Shown piece after piece: positions 9,050 to 17,035 of a stretch of 48,487 bases of DNA. Under the pieces are notes generated by a model. It ran no database searches. It saw only the letters and a program-made list of their open reading frames with translations, and had not been told where the DNA came from. The stretch's first letter is position 1, and each line of letters opens with the position of its first letter. The position numbers were made by a program, and so were the translations under genes. The DNA is from a virus. Taxonomy: Duplodnaviria; Caudoviricetes. Location of the stretch: IMG/VR virus record IMGVR_UViG_3300044788_000021, positions 1-48,487 of that record. One strand, 5' to 3'.

Positions 9050-11808
9050 CTGCATCGGTAAGTGTTTCGCTGGTCGTTGCAGCGAGCGTAGGTGGTGCGC
9101 TTTCGACCCTGACGCTGGTGAACATGTCCGGCTCGACACAGGCAGCGGGTTTCGTCACGCCGATATTCGGCTGGGTGTTCAAGAAGGGGGAGGTTCCAGC
9201 CGGCATCGCGCCCCTCTTCAAGAACGGGACGACGCCGCAGCCGTACTCGTGGGGGCTCCAGTCCTATTGGTCGGACGGCAGCCTGAAGTTCGCCTCGTTC
9301 ATGCTGCGCTCGACGGCCTCGATCGGCGGGAACGGGTCGCTCGCGATCGGGGTATGGAGCGGCGGAACCGCACCGACGACCAGCGCGCGAACCGTGACCG
9401 AGGTTTACACCGAGGCCATGATCGTCAATCTCGTCGGGGCCGGTTCGACTTTCGGCTTGACCGGCACCTGGGGAGCGTGGCTCACCAACGACAGCAACAA
9501 TGTCGAGCAATTCGTTTACCTCGACGGAGACGCGGGGAAGGTCTGGCGGTTCCTTACACATGTTGCCCCGGCGCAGGGGGGCACCGCACACGGCCAGCTT
9601 GAATGCTACCACTACGTTGCCGCATTGACAGCAGCCGGCGGCGGCCTCGGGGGGTTCCGCTACCTGCCGTGCGTCGCACAGCCTTGGTACGATGATATTA
9701 CGGTAGATGGAACTCCTGTCCCCAAGGCGATCCGCTCGTTTACGACAGTCAAATGGCAACGTGGGCCGACGACGGTGCCTCTGGCCCTCGGGCTTACCGC
9801 AATTGATTTTACCTGGACATCCGGGATCAGTTGCACAACCCGGAACGCCGGCACGCCTACGGTCAGCGATTTCTACTCAGGCGAAATTCAAAGTACCTTC
9901 AACATTCCGTGCTATTTTACGACAACCGGTACGCTCCCGCCGCCATTGGCACTGAACACTGTGTATTATGTTCGAGGGGCCAAGAACAGCACAACGGTAA
10001 ATTTTGCGCTTTCGGGGCATTACGGGAGCGGGCTTACCATAACCGGGGCAGGAACCGGCACACATACAATCAATCCGTTGCCGACGCTTCAACATTTTGG
10101 CCGGCTGTTCATGCCGACCGTTGACGCGAGATGGAATTTCTTTCAGGGCGCGGGGTCAATGTCGGCCGAGCCTACCATTCGGACGAAGATCGATCAGACG
10201 TATTGGAGCGGCGATTCAGTCAACAAGCTAAGCCTGATTCCGCCGGTTGACCTCGCGCTGGTGGGCATCGCTGACGATCCTACGTTTCCCTATAACTGGA
10301 CACCCTACGGGGTGGGTTCATTAACGATCGGGCGAAGCGGCGGCGGTGGAAATGCATCAAGGTCTGATTTGGGGGCAATACAGGGGTGGCAGGCCGCTGA
10401 TTTTCTTATGCAGTCGGCCAATAGCGAGCGTCGGATCAGGATCAACGCTTACCCAGGCGTACACGACCTCCATTGCCTGAGGAACAGCACCAATCGCAAC
10501 GTAGTCAACATACGTGGCACCGCTCATGCCGGGATGACGATGTTGAATACGGTATATTGGGCCCCCGACAAGAACACGTTGAACCCAGGATTTACGCAGC
10601 CACCGGCCCTTAACACGGGACAGATATTCGACCAGAGCAACAACGCTCACAAGCCGGCTTTCTTCTATTGGCCGTACCTGCGAACTGGTGAGCCGCAGTT
10701 CCTCGATTGCATGATCGAAATGGGTCTTGGTGGCCCGATGGAATTGTTACCGTCTTATCGCAACACCACCGGCACCAATCCCGGGAATTACACCGGCCTT
10801 GCCAGTATGTTTGCCGGGTCAGCCGGCGATCGCGGCGTGGCATGGGGGCATCGTGATCTTCAATGCGCGGCGGCAGTCTGCCCGCTTGTAATGCCGGATG
10901 GCTCGGATCTATTCGCGTGTATTAACGGTATCGCTGCCGACAGCATACAGGCAATGACCGATGTTGGAGCCAGCGTGGCTATTAGCGGTTCTTATGCCGT
11001 AACCCATAAGCTATGGGGGTGCTATAACCCTACAGTTGGCACGCCGCAATTCGTGGTTCGTGGCTTTGGGATGCAATACATAGATTTTGCGGCTTGTTTT
11101 GCGGCAGCGGCGCGAGAGGACGCCAACGCGCGCACTTGGGTAAAGAACGAAGCCGATTGGTATATCTATGTTGCTGATACATTTGGTTTCTTCTGCACTA
11201 CGACATATTTCGCGCATACGGTAATGAACGCAAATGCCGATGGTGTTGGATATCCGATGATTTCATCGGACGCACAATACGCTACGACATCGCCGTGGCT
11301 GAACATGATATGGGACGGAGCCAACAATCCATCATGGACTGTTGGGGCGTCAAAATGCCCCGGTCCTGTAATAGCCAATGGCGACAAGTTTATTTTTAAC
11401 ACGGTTATCTCACCCGGCCGCCCGAGCAATTATTTTCAAGATACGCCGTATTACGTCATAGGTTTGTCCGGGGGCGCCTTCAATCTGACGACTGTGTTGG
11501 GAGATGCCGGGAGCATTGTTGTGCCGACAGGATCAGGCTCTTTGGGGGTGAATTCGGTATTTTCCTGGTATGTTCCCGCCACCGATGTTGCTCCGCAGCT
11601 TGGGGCAGAGAATACGGCTTATGTTGGTTCGGGATCGTATATGAAATGGAAGGAAGCGGCGCATTTATGGACTACGGCGCTCGGGCTTGGGAGTCCTGCC
11701 TTAAACGATGCTATCCTCGATGCGGGCATACGGTCGGGGGCAACGGGGACGAGCGCGCTATTAAAGGCGGACCCCCGACTGGCGTTCCAAAATAGGTTTG
11801 GACCATGA
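9046..11808 (+). CDS. Large putative carbohydrate-active / receptor-binding protein, PcRGLX/YetA-like
   Basis: N-terminal FGWVFKKGEVP...WSDGSLKFA; later HKPAFFYWPYLRTGEPQFLD and RGVAWGHRDL suggest an alpha/alpha-toroid; two inserted small beta domains (TTTGTLP...VYYV; GDKFIF...PYYVI); lower GC after about 9.7 kb. Confidence 0.55.
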   Translation: MTASVSVSLVVAASVGGALSTLTLVNMSGSTQAAGFVTPIFGWVFKKGEVPAGIAPLFKNGTTPQPYSWGLQSYWSDGSLKFASFMLRSTASIGGNGSLAIGVWSGGTAPTTSARTVTEVYTEAMIVNLVGAGSTFGLTGTWGAWLTNDSNNVEQFVYLDGDAGKVWRFLTHVAPAQGGTAHGQLECYHYVAALTAAGGGLGGFRYLPCVAQPWYDDITVDGTPVPKAIRSFTTVKWQRGPTTVPLALGLTAIDFTWTSGISCTTRNAGTPTVSDFYSGEIQSTFNIPCYFTTTGTLPPPLALNTVYYVRGAKNSTTVNFALSGHYGSGLTITGAGTGTHTINPLPTLQHFGRLFMPTVDARWNFFQGAGSMSAEPTIRTKIDQTYWSGDSVNKLSLIPPVDLALVGIADDPTFPYNWTPYGVGSLTIGRSGGGGNASRSDLGAIQGWQAADFLMQSANSERRIRINAYPGVHDLHCLRNSTNRNVVNIRGTAHAGMTMLNTVYWAPDKNTLNPGFTQPPALNTGQIFDQSNNAHKPAFFYWPYLRTGEPQFLDCMIEMGLGGPMELLPSYRNTTGTNPGNYTGLASMFAGSAGDRGVAWGHRDLQCAAAVCPLVMPDGSDLFACINGIAADSIQAMTDVGASVAISGSYAVTHKLWGCYNPTVGTPQFVVRGFGMQYIDFAACFAAAAREDANARTWVKNEADWYIYVADTFGFFCTTTYFAHTVMNANADGVGYPMISSDAQYATTSPWLNMIWDGANNPSWTVGASKCPGPVIANGDKFIFNTVISPGRPSNYFQDTPYYVIGLSGGAFNLTTVLGDAGSIVVPTGSGSLGVNSVFSWYVPATDVAPQLGAENTAYVGSGSYMKWKEAAHLWTTALGLGSPALNDAILDAGIRSGATGTSALLKADPRLAFQNRFGP

Positions 11809-13172
11809 CAACTTATTGCGTCGATAGCGCTGCCACGGGTGCGGGAACAGGTACTACATGGACGGATGCCAAAACATCCGTGGCTGCCGCGCTCGCGATC
11901 GCCGCCGCTGGCGATATAATTCAAGTCAAAAGCACACACAACTTTCTACCCGTTGCAGCGATAACATGGACGCCTCCTGCGGGCGGGGTAGCCATCATCA
12001 GTGTTACGCCCTCGGGAGCCTCTGGATATTCAGCGTTTACGCCCGGCGCCGCCGAAAGCGTAGGCAACGCAGCCTCCGCCTTTACGATTTCTGGTGCGGC
12101 CGGAAGTGGTATGTATATAAATGGCATGGTCATAAATGGTGGAACGGCGGCCAATGCCGCGTGCATTATAACGCTGATGTCTGCTGTTAATAGCCAATCC
12201 CTTATCGAGGCAGTAAATTGTACGTTCGATATCAAGACGAGTGCCGCTGCGACGATCAATATAGGGGCAGCGTCCGGCACTTCTGGTTTGTCCAACAGGT
12301 TCAGGGCAAAGGGTTGTACGTTCATCCGCAGTGGTAGCAACACCGCAACGTTTATCTTGATGGTGCGCGCGACTGCGGAATTGGTTAACCCAACATTTTC
12401 GATGACGGGCGCAAGCAAGCCGGCAGCCCTGTTTGGTGCTTCAAATAAAAGCAATCAAGGGCACCTCATCGTCCGTGATGCGGACCTTACCGGACATGCG
12501 GCGACTGGTTATTTCGATCTGACAAACTGGACGGAAGTGACTGCTATTGTCGAGAACTGTAAGCTCCACGCTACCCCAACCCTAACAACCGGCACCTGGG
12601 GCGGTGGTAATGGTAGCGTCCTGTTTCGCAATTGCGACAGCGCCGATACCACCTACACGTTTGTCTACGTTAATTCATATGGGACATTGACGGCAGAGAA
12701 TACGGATTATGTGACAACGGGTGGTGCGCAATTTAATGGGGCGCCCGTGGCGTGGAAGGTTATTACCACGGCGCTGGCAACTGAATTCAATCCGTTTATT
12801 TTGCCGCCATTGGCGATCTGGAACACAACGGTTTCGGCACAGACGGCGGATATTGAGATCGCACAGGTCAACGGAGCGACGGCATTTACCGATCGGCAAA
12901 TATGGTCAGATATCGATTTTGCAGCATCGGCATCGTTCCCGAATTATACCAATCAGAGTAACCGCAATGCGCAACCATTTCTGGGAACCGGAGCGGCACA
13001 TGCAACAAGTACGAACACCTGGACCGTTCCGAACATCGGAGCGAGCCCGGTTAAGCAGAAACTACAAAACACTTTCACGGCCGCTGAGACAGGGCTACTG
13101 ACGAGCCAGATTAAGGTTGGTATCGCCTCAACGACGCTGTGGGTGAATCCGGCGATTGATGGCGTGACCTAA
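11805..13172 (+). CDS. Parallel beta-helix (pectin-lyase-like) tailspike-type protein
   Basis: TYCVDSAATGAGTGTTWTDAKTSVAAAL...AGDIIQVK N-cap and repeated xxNCTF/ENCK/RNCD rungs. Confidence 0.65.
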   Translation: MTTYCVDSAATGAGTGTTWTDAKTSVAAALAIAAAGDIIQVKSTHNFLPVAAITWTPPAGGVAIISVTPSGASGYSAFTPGAAESVGNAASAFTISGAAGSGMYINGMVINGGTAANAACIITLMSAVNSQSLIEAVNCTFDIKTSAAATINIGAASGTSGLSNRFRAKGCTFIRSGSNTATFILMVRATAELVNPTFSMTGASKPAALFGASNKSNQGHLIVRDADLTGHAATGYFDLTNWTEVTAIVENCKLHATPTLTTGTWGGGNGSVLFRNCDSADTTYTFVYVNSYGTLTAENTDYVTTGGAQFNGAPVAWKVITTALATEFNPFILPPLAIWNTTVSAQTADIEIAQVNGATAFTDRQIWSDIDFAASASFPNYTNQSNRNAQPFLGTGAAHATSTNTWTVPNIGASPVKQKLQNTFTAAETGLLTSQIKVGIASTTLWVNPAIDGVT

Positions 13173-13174
13173 AA

Positions 13175-13828
13175 GTGACAACTCGTCGTACTGTCTGGGC
13201 TCGGGGCGAGGCATATACTGCAACCGGGGCGCGAACAGTTTGGGTACAAGGCGGCGCGCTTGCCCTAATTGAGATAATCGCCACCGGGACGGGGGCGCTG
13301 GCCGCCGCCGCAAGTACAAGCGCTGGAAGCGGGACATCGTCGTCGACCGCCTCGGGCACGCTGGCCGATGCCGCAAGCGCGAGTTCGGGCAGCGGGACAT
13401 CGTCGTCGACCGGCGTCGGCGCGGTCGCGAGCGGTGCGAGCGCGGTTGCCGGCGCCGGCATTTCGATATCCTCCGGGAGTGGCGCGCCGGAAGCTGATGC
13501 GAGCGCGATTGCCGGATCGGGGGCATCCTACACAACCGGCACGGGCGATCTGGGCGCCGAAGCCAGCACGACCGCGGGAACGGGCGCAGCATCTTCCATT
13601 GGAGATGGGGAGCTCGCCGCTCAATCCAGCGTGGTGGAGCTATTTGGGGTCTCAGGCTCGACGGGCGCTGGCGATCTCGCCGCGCAGGCTAGCGAGCTCG
13701 CAGCAAATGACACGCGGGTCCCGCTTCTGATCCGTCTGGCGGACGAAAGCGGCGGGTTCGGCCAAATCGTCGAGGAAGCGCTCTATTCCGGCAGATTGCT
13801 CGATGAGGAGCTACTAATCGCCGCGTGA
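13175..13828 (+). CDS. Gly/Ala/Ser-rich repeat protein (about 7 x 21 aa), fibre scaffold candidate
   Basis: 21-residue periodicity (TGxGxLAAxASxxAGxGxSxS); GTG start. Confidence 0.7.
   Translation: MTTRRTVWARGEAYTATGARTVWVQGGALALIEIIATGTGALAAAASTSAGSGTSSSTASGTLADAASASSGSGTSSSTGVGAVASGASAVAGAGISISSGSGAPEADASAIAGSGASYTTGTGDLGAEASTTAGTGAASSIGDGELAAQSSVVELFGVSGSTGAGDLAAQASELAANDTRVPLLIRLADESGGFGQIVEEALYSGRLLDEELLIAA
13283..13711 (+). repeat. Degenerate 63-bp tandem coding repeat (about 7 units)
   Basis: AGCGGGACATCGTCGTCGACCG occurs at 13328 and 13391 (63 bp apart); protein periodicity 21 aa. Confidence 0.8.
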
Positions 13829-13835
13829 GGGTAAA

Positions 13836-14228
13836 ATGGCAATTAATGCGGCCCGAACACGGCCAGGCCCGCTGGCGCTGCCGATCGCGAGCGGCGCCAC
13901 CCTACTCTATCGGGCATGGATTACCGACGAACTCGGCGAGGTATTGGCCGCCGCCGATCTTGAAATGCTGACATTGACGATCGCCGACGCACACACCGGC
14001 GAGATCATCAACACGGTCGACCATCAGGACATTCTCGACACCGATCGCGGCAGTTTCAGCGGCGTCGATGGCAAGCTCGAAATCTCCCTCATCTCGGACG
14101 ACACGCTGCTCGCCGACGGAACTCTGAAGGCGACCCGCGCGCTGATCATCGAATGGACCTGGGATACGGACCATCTCGGCCGGCACCAGTATGATTTCAA
14201 GATAGAGGCGCTGAGCGCGCCGCCCTAA
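13836..14228 (+). CDS. BppU-N-like adaptor protein
   Basis: ITDELGEVL...LTLTI...GKLEISLISDDT...IEWTW...FKIEAL Ig-like pattern seen in fibre attachment proteins. Confidence 0.5.
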   Translation: MAINAARTRPGPLALPIASGATLLYRAWITDELGEVLAAADLEMLTLTIADAHTGEIINTVDHQDILDTDRGSFSGVDGKLEISLISDDTLLADGTLKATRALIIEWTWDTDHLGRHQYDFKIEALSAPP

Positions 14229-14240
14229 GAGGAGAACGCC

Positions 14241-14729
14241 ATGTCAGTCAGCGTAACCTATGCAGCCACTGCAACCGTGGTTGAAACGCTACCGAACAAC
14301 ACCGGATCGGCGGTAGCCGCTAGCCGCGTGGTCACACACAGCGAATACAACGAAGCGGCCGCGTTGACAGCGGCGTCGACACCGCCCGCAACATCGGTTG
14401 CCGAATTCCTGCTCGCGCTGACAGCCGGGGCGGCGACGATTGACCTTCGCACGCTGACCGGCACGAACGGGGCCGTCGTGGACGGCAATGGGCTGAAGGT
14501 TCAGATCGTCAGGATCAAAAATTTGGGCGCCAACAATATGACCTTCAAGGGCGGGTCGGCGACGCCGCACAATATGTTCACGGTGACGACCGGGCAGGTC
14601 GTGTTCCCCGGCGCGCACCTGATGATTTTCTCGAACGACGGCGGGGACGACATCGACGCTACGCACAAATTCTGGGATGTCGAGGGCACCGCTTCCCAGA
14701 CGGCAGAAATCACCATCATCATGGGCTAG
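14241..14729 (+). CDS. Beta-rich virion structural protein of unknown function
   Basis: GAGGAG RBS; TIDLRTLTG...KVQIVRIKN...VFPG...ITIIMG; structural-operon context. Confidence 0.6.
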   Translation: MSVSVTYAATATVVETLPNNTGSAVAASRVVTHSEYNEAAALTAASTPPATSVAEFLLALTAGAATIDLRTLTGTNGAVVDGNGLKVQIVRIKNLGANNMTFKGGSATPHNMFTVTTGQVVFPGAHLMIFSNDGGDDIDATHKFWDVEGTASQTAEITIIMG

Positions 14730-14750
14730 AGCCCGGGCCGAGCCATTTTG

Positions 14751-15206
14751 ATGATTGACCGCCGTGAACAGATCCTCGCCCGCCTGCGGGCGCTGATCGG
14801 CGACATTGCCGGCCCGGTTAAGACTGTCCGCAACGGCGACGAGTTGAGCGGCCAGTCGCGGCCGGCGATCTTCCTCCACGATGGCGTGGAGGAGCGGGTC
14901 GACACCGGGCAGGGCGGAGCGCCGAATTCGCAAACGCAGTTGATGCGCATGCATCCGCAGATCGCCCTCCTGATGGGCGCGCCTACCGAAGAGATCGGCC
15001 CGGCGATGAGCGAGTTTCGCCGGCTGGTCCTCGTCGCAGTCCTCAACGACGCAACGCTCGTAGGCATGGTGGGTGTCGGCGGTCGCAAGCCGGCGATGTG
15101 GCTAGAGAGCTGCGCCGTCACCACCGAATCCGGAGAAACCCGCGAAGGCCGCATGGATATGGTCTTCACGTTCGACTACCCATTCAAGATTTCTGAACTG
15201 AGTTAG
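14751..15206 (+). CDS. Tail terminator / completion-like protein
   Basis: RREQILARL start, RPAIFLHDG, terminal FTFDYP; immediately before the tail tube gene. Confidence 0.65.
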   Translation: MIDRREQILARLRALIGDIAGPVKTVRNGDELSGQSRPAIFLHDGVEERVDTGQGGAPNSQTQLMRMHPQIALLMGAPTEEIGPAMSEFRRLVLVAVLNDATLVGMVGVGGRKPAMWLESCAVTTESGETREGRMDMVFTFDYPFKISELS

Positions 15207-15219
15207 AGGAGGACGGGCC

Positions 15220-15735
15220 ATGCCTGGCGATCCGCTTACGACATTTATTGGCGCTGGCGTGGGCTGGTGGAAGCCGGAAGGCGGCATCTACCGCGATCTC
15301 GGCTTCATGCGGTCCTTCGTGACCACGCCTGCGGTCACACCGAAGGAATACATGCAGAAGCGCAGCGGCATCCGCTCGCCGGCGCGCCGGGTGACCCTAG
15401 AGCAGCGCTTGTCTGTGACTTTCGTCGTGGACGAAATCATCGCCGAGAACCTCGGGCTCTATTTCATGGGCACCGTGACGCCCGGCTCTCCCTACGACAC
15501 CATCCAGATCATGGACCTGGTCGAGCAGAGAGGGTCCTTTCAATTCGTCGGTGACAACGCTTTCGGGGTGCATTGCCAGGTAAACATCCCGCTGATGAGC
15601 GTCCTTCCGGGCGGCGGTCCCGACTGGCTGACCGATGACTGGCTTGGCCTCGAAATGACCGCCGAAGCCTTCCGGGACCCGAACACAGGCGACTTCGGCA
15701 CGGTCTTTGCGGGGATCACCGCAAGGGTACCTTAG
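15220..15735 (+). CDS. Major tail (tube) protein
   Basis: FIGAGVGWW, RDLGFM, VTFVVDEIIAENLGLYFMG, FVGDNAFG pattern; GAGGAGG RBS; no sheath gene present. Confidence 0.8.
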   Translation: MPGDPLTTFIGAGVGWWKPEGGIYRDLGFMRSFVTTPAVTPKEYMQKRSGIRSPARRVTLEQRLSVTFVVDEIIAENLGLYFMGTVTPGSPYDTIQIMDLVEQRGSFQFVGDNAFGVHCQVNIPLMSVLPGGGPDWLTDDWLGLEMTAEAFRDPNTGDFGTVFAGITARVP

Positions 15736-15738
15736 CCG

Positions 15739-16224
15739 ATGTTGGGACGACAGGAAGTCATCGACTTATTGGACATCATCGAGCCGGGGGGCGTCATCGA
15801 GAGTGTCTACGTAAGCGGCTTCGAAGTGCCGGTGCGCGGCATGACAAACCGAGAATATGCAATGCTTCTCCGGCGCTTTCCCATCCTCGACGCGGCCGAA
15901 CCGGCGCCGGCACTTCCGAGGGCCGATAGGCTCGACGCAGATGAGGATTTGAAAAGCGCGATCATTGCTATCGGGCTTGGGTTCCCGGGCGACGAGGTGG
16001 TCGAGGCGAAGGTCGACCGATTATGGCGAGAGGAAAGGCGCCTCCTTTCCGACACGATTCTGCGACTGACGAATCCGCAGAGTGCCGGCCCTTTGGAGCG
16101 CGGCAACGGCGAGGCCAGGCCGTTGCCAAGCCCCGAGCCCGAAAATCCTGGGAAGGCCGAGGGTTCGGCCTCGTCGTCGTCGTCGACCAACTCGTCGCAT
16201 ACGGATACCAGCGCGCCGACGTAA
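15739..16224 (+). CDS. Tail assembly chaperone (gpG-like)
   Basis: Between tube and tape measure; VPVRGMT...LLRRFP...IIAIGLG...ILRLT..GP. Confidence 0.75.
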   Translation: MLGRQEVIDLLDIIEPGGVIESVYVSGFEVPVRGMTNREYAMLLRRFPILDAAEPAPALPRADRLDADEDLKSAIIAIGLGFPGDEVVEAKVDRLWREERRLLSDTILRLTNPQSAGPLERGNGEARPLPSPEPENPGKAEGSASSSSSTNSSHTDTSAPT

Positions 16225-16364
16225 TGGAGTGGACGCCGCGCATGTCCGCGGCGCTGTTGTTCGTCGGCGCACGGCGCGCGCGGCGCGAACGGCTCCTCAC
16301 CGCCATGGCACAGCGCACCAGCGTCGAGGCGCTCCAGCGCGAACTGAAAAAGCTGGAGGACTGA
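16089..16364 (+). CDS. gpT-like extension of the tail chaperone, read in the -1 frame via slippery heptamer CCCTTTG
   Basis: C CCT TTG (X XXY YYZ) at 16089-16095 in the gpG frame; the -1 frame is open to 16364 (DQLVAYGY...MEWTPR...LKKLED). Confidence 0.6.
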   Translation, partial: PFGARQRRGQAVAKPRARKSWEGRGFGLVVVVDQLVAYGYQRADVMEWTPRMSAALLFVGARRARRERLLTAMAQRTSVEALQRELKKLED

Positions 16365-16367
16365 CCA

Positions 16368-17033
16368 TTGCGCCTCATCTGGGCCGCAACGACCGGGCAG
16401 TGGTCGGCCGCGATGCAGGCGATGCAGTATCCGATCGCCAGCGCGATGACGGGCGCCATGCACCAGACCGTCGACCGGGTGAAGCTCCAAGGCCGGGCGG
16501 CGATCGGCGCGGCGGGGTTCGGCAAAAGGTGGCAGAACGCGCTGCAGACCCGGACCTATCCGGCGACCGGGATCAGCATGGACCCGGCCGGGTGGATCTA
16601 TCACAAGATCCCCTATGCCGGGGTGTTCGAGGATGGCGCCAAGATTGCCGGCAGCCCGTACCTCTGGCTGCCCCTCAGCGGGGTCCCGAAGACGATCGGC
16701 GGGAAGCGCATGACGCCGGCGAACTTCATCGCGCTCGTCGGCCCCCTGCAAATCGTCCGCCCTGCCGGGAAGGCGCCGCTGATGGTCGCCTCGATGCAGG
16801 CCGGCGCCTCGATCGGCAAGCTAACCCTCTCCAAGCTGCGCGCCGGCAGCGCCCTCGCGCGCCTCGGCGTGCGCAGCCGGCGCGGCAGGTTCGGCGACAA
16901 GGGCGTCGTCTCGGTGCCGATCTTTGTCGGGGTATCGATGGTCAATATCCGCGCGCGCTTCAACCTGCGACCGATCTTCAAGCGCGCCGGTGACGGCTTG
17001 GCCAGCGCCTACTTACAGAATCTCCGGGTGTAG
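16368..17033 (+). CDS. Basic neck/tail completion-like protein (DUF6441-like)
   Basis: AAGFGKRWQNAL, GVFEDGAKIAGSPYLWLPL, VPIFVGV; Arg/Lys-rich. Confidence 0.65.
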   Translation: MRLIWAATTGQWSAAMQAMQYPIASAMTGAMHQTVDRVKLQGRAAIGAAGFGKRWQNALQTRTYPATGISMDPAGWIYHKIPYAGVFEDGAKIAGSPYLWLPLSGVPKTIGGKRMTPANFIALVGPLQIVRPAGKAPLMVASMQAGASIGKLTLSKLRAGSALARLGVRSRRGRFGDKGVVSVPIFVGVSMVNIRARFNLRPIFKRAGDGLASAYLQNLRV

Positions 17034-17035
17034 AC

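Noticed and set aside
16149-16156. GGGAAGG as a lambda-like slippery site
   Set aside because: Not in X XXY YYZ register with the chaperone frame; CCCTTTG fits better
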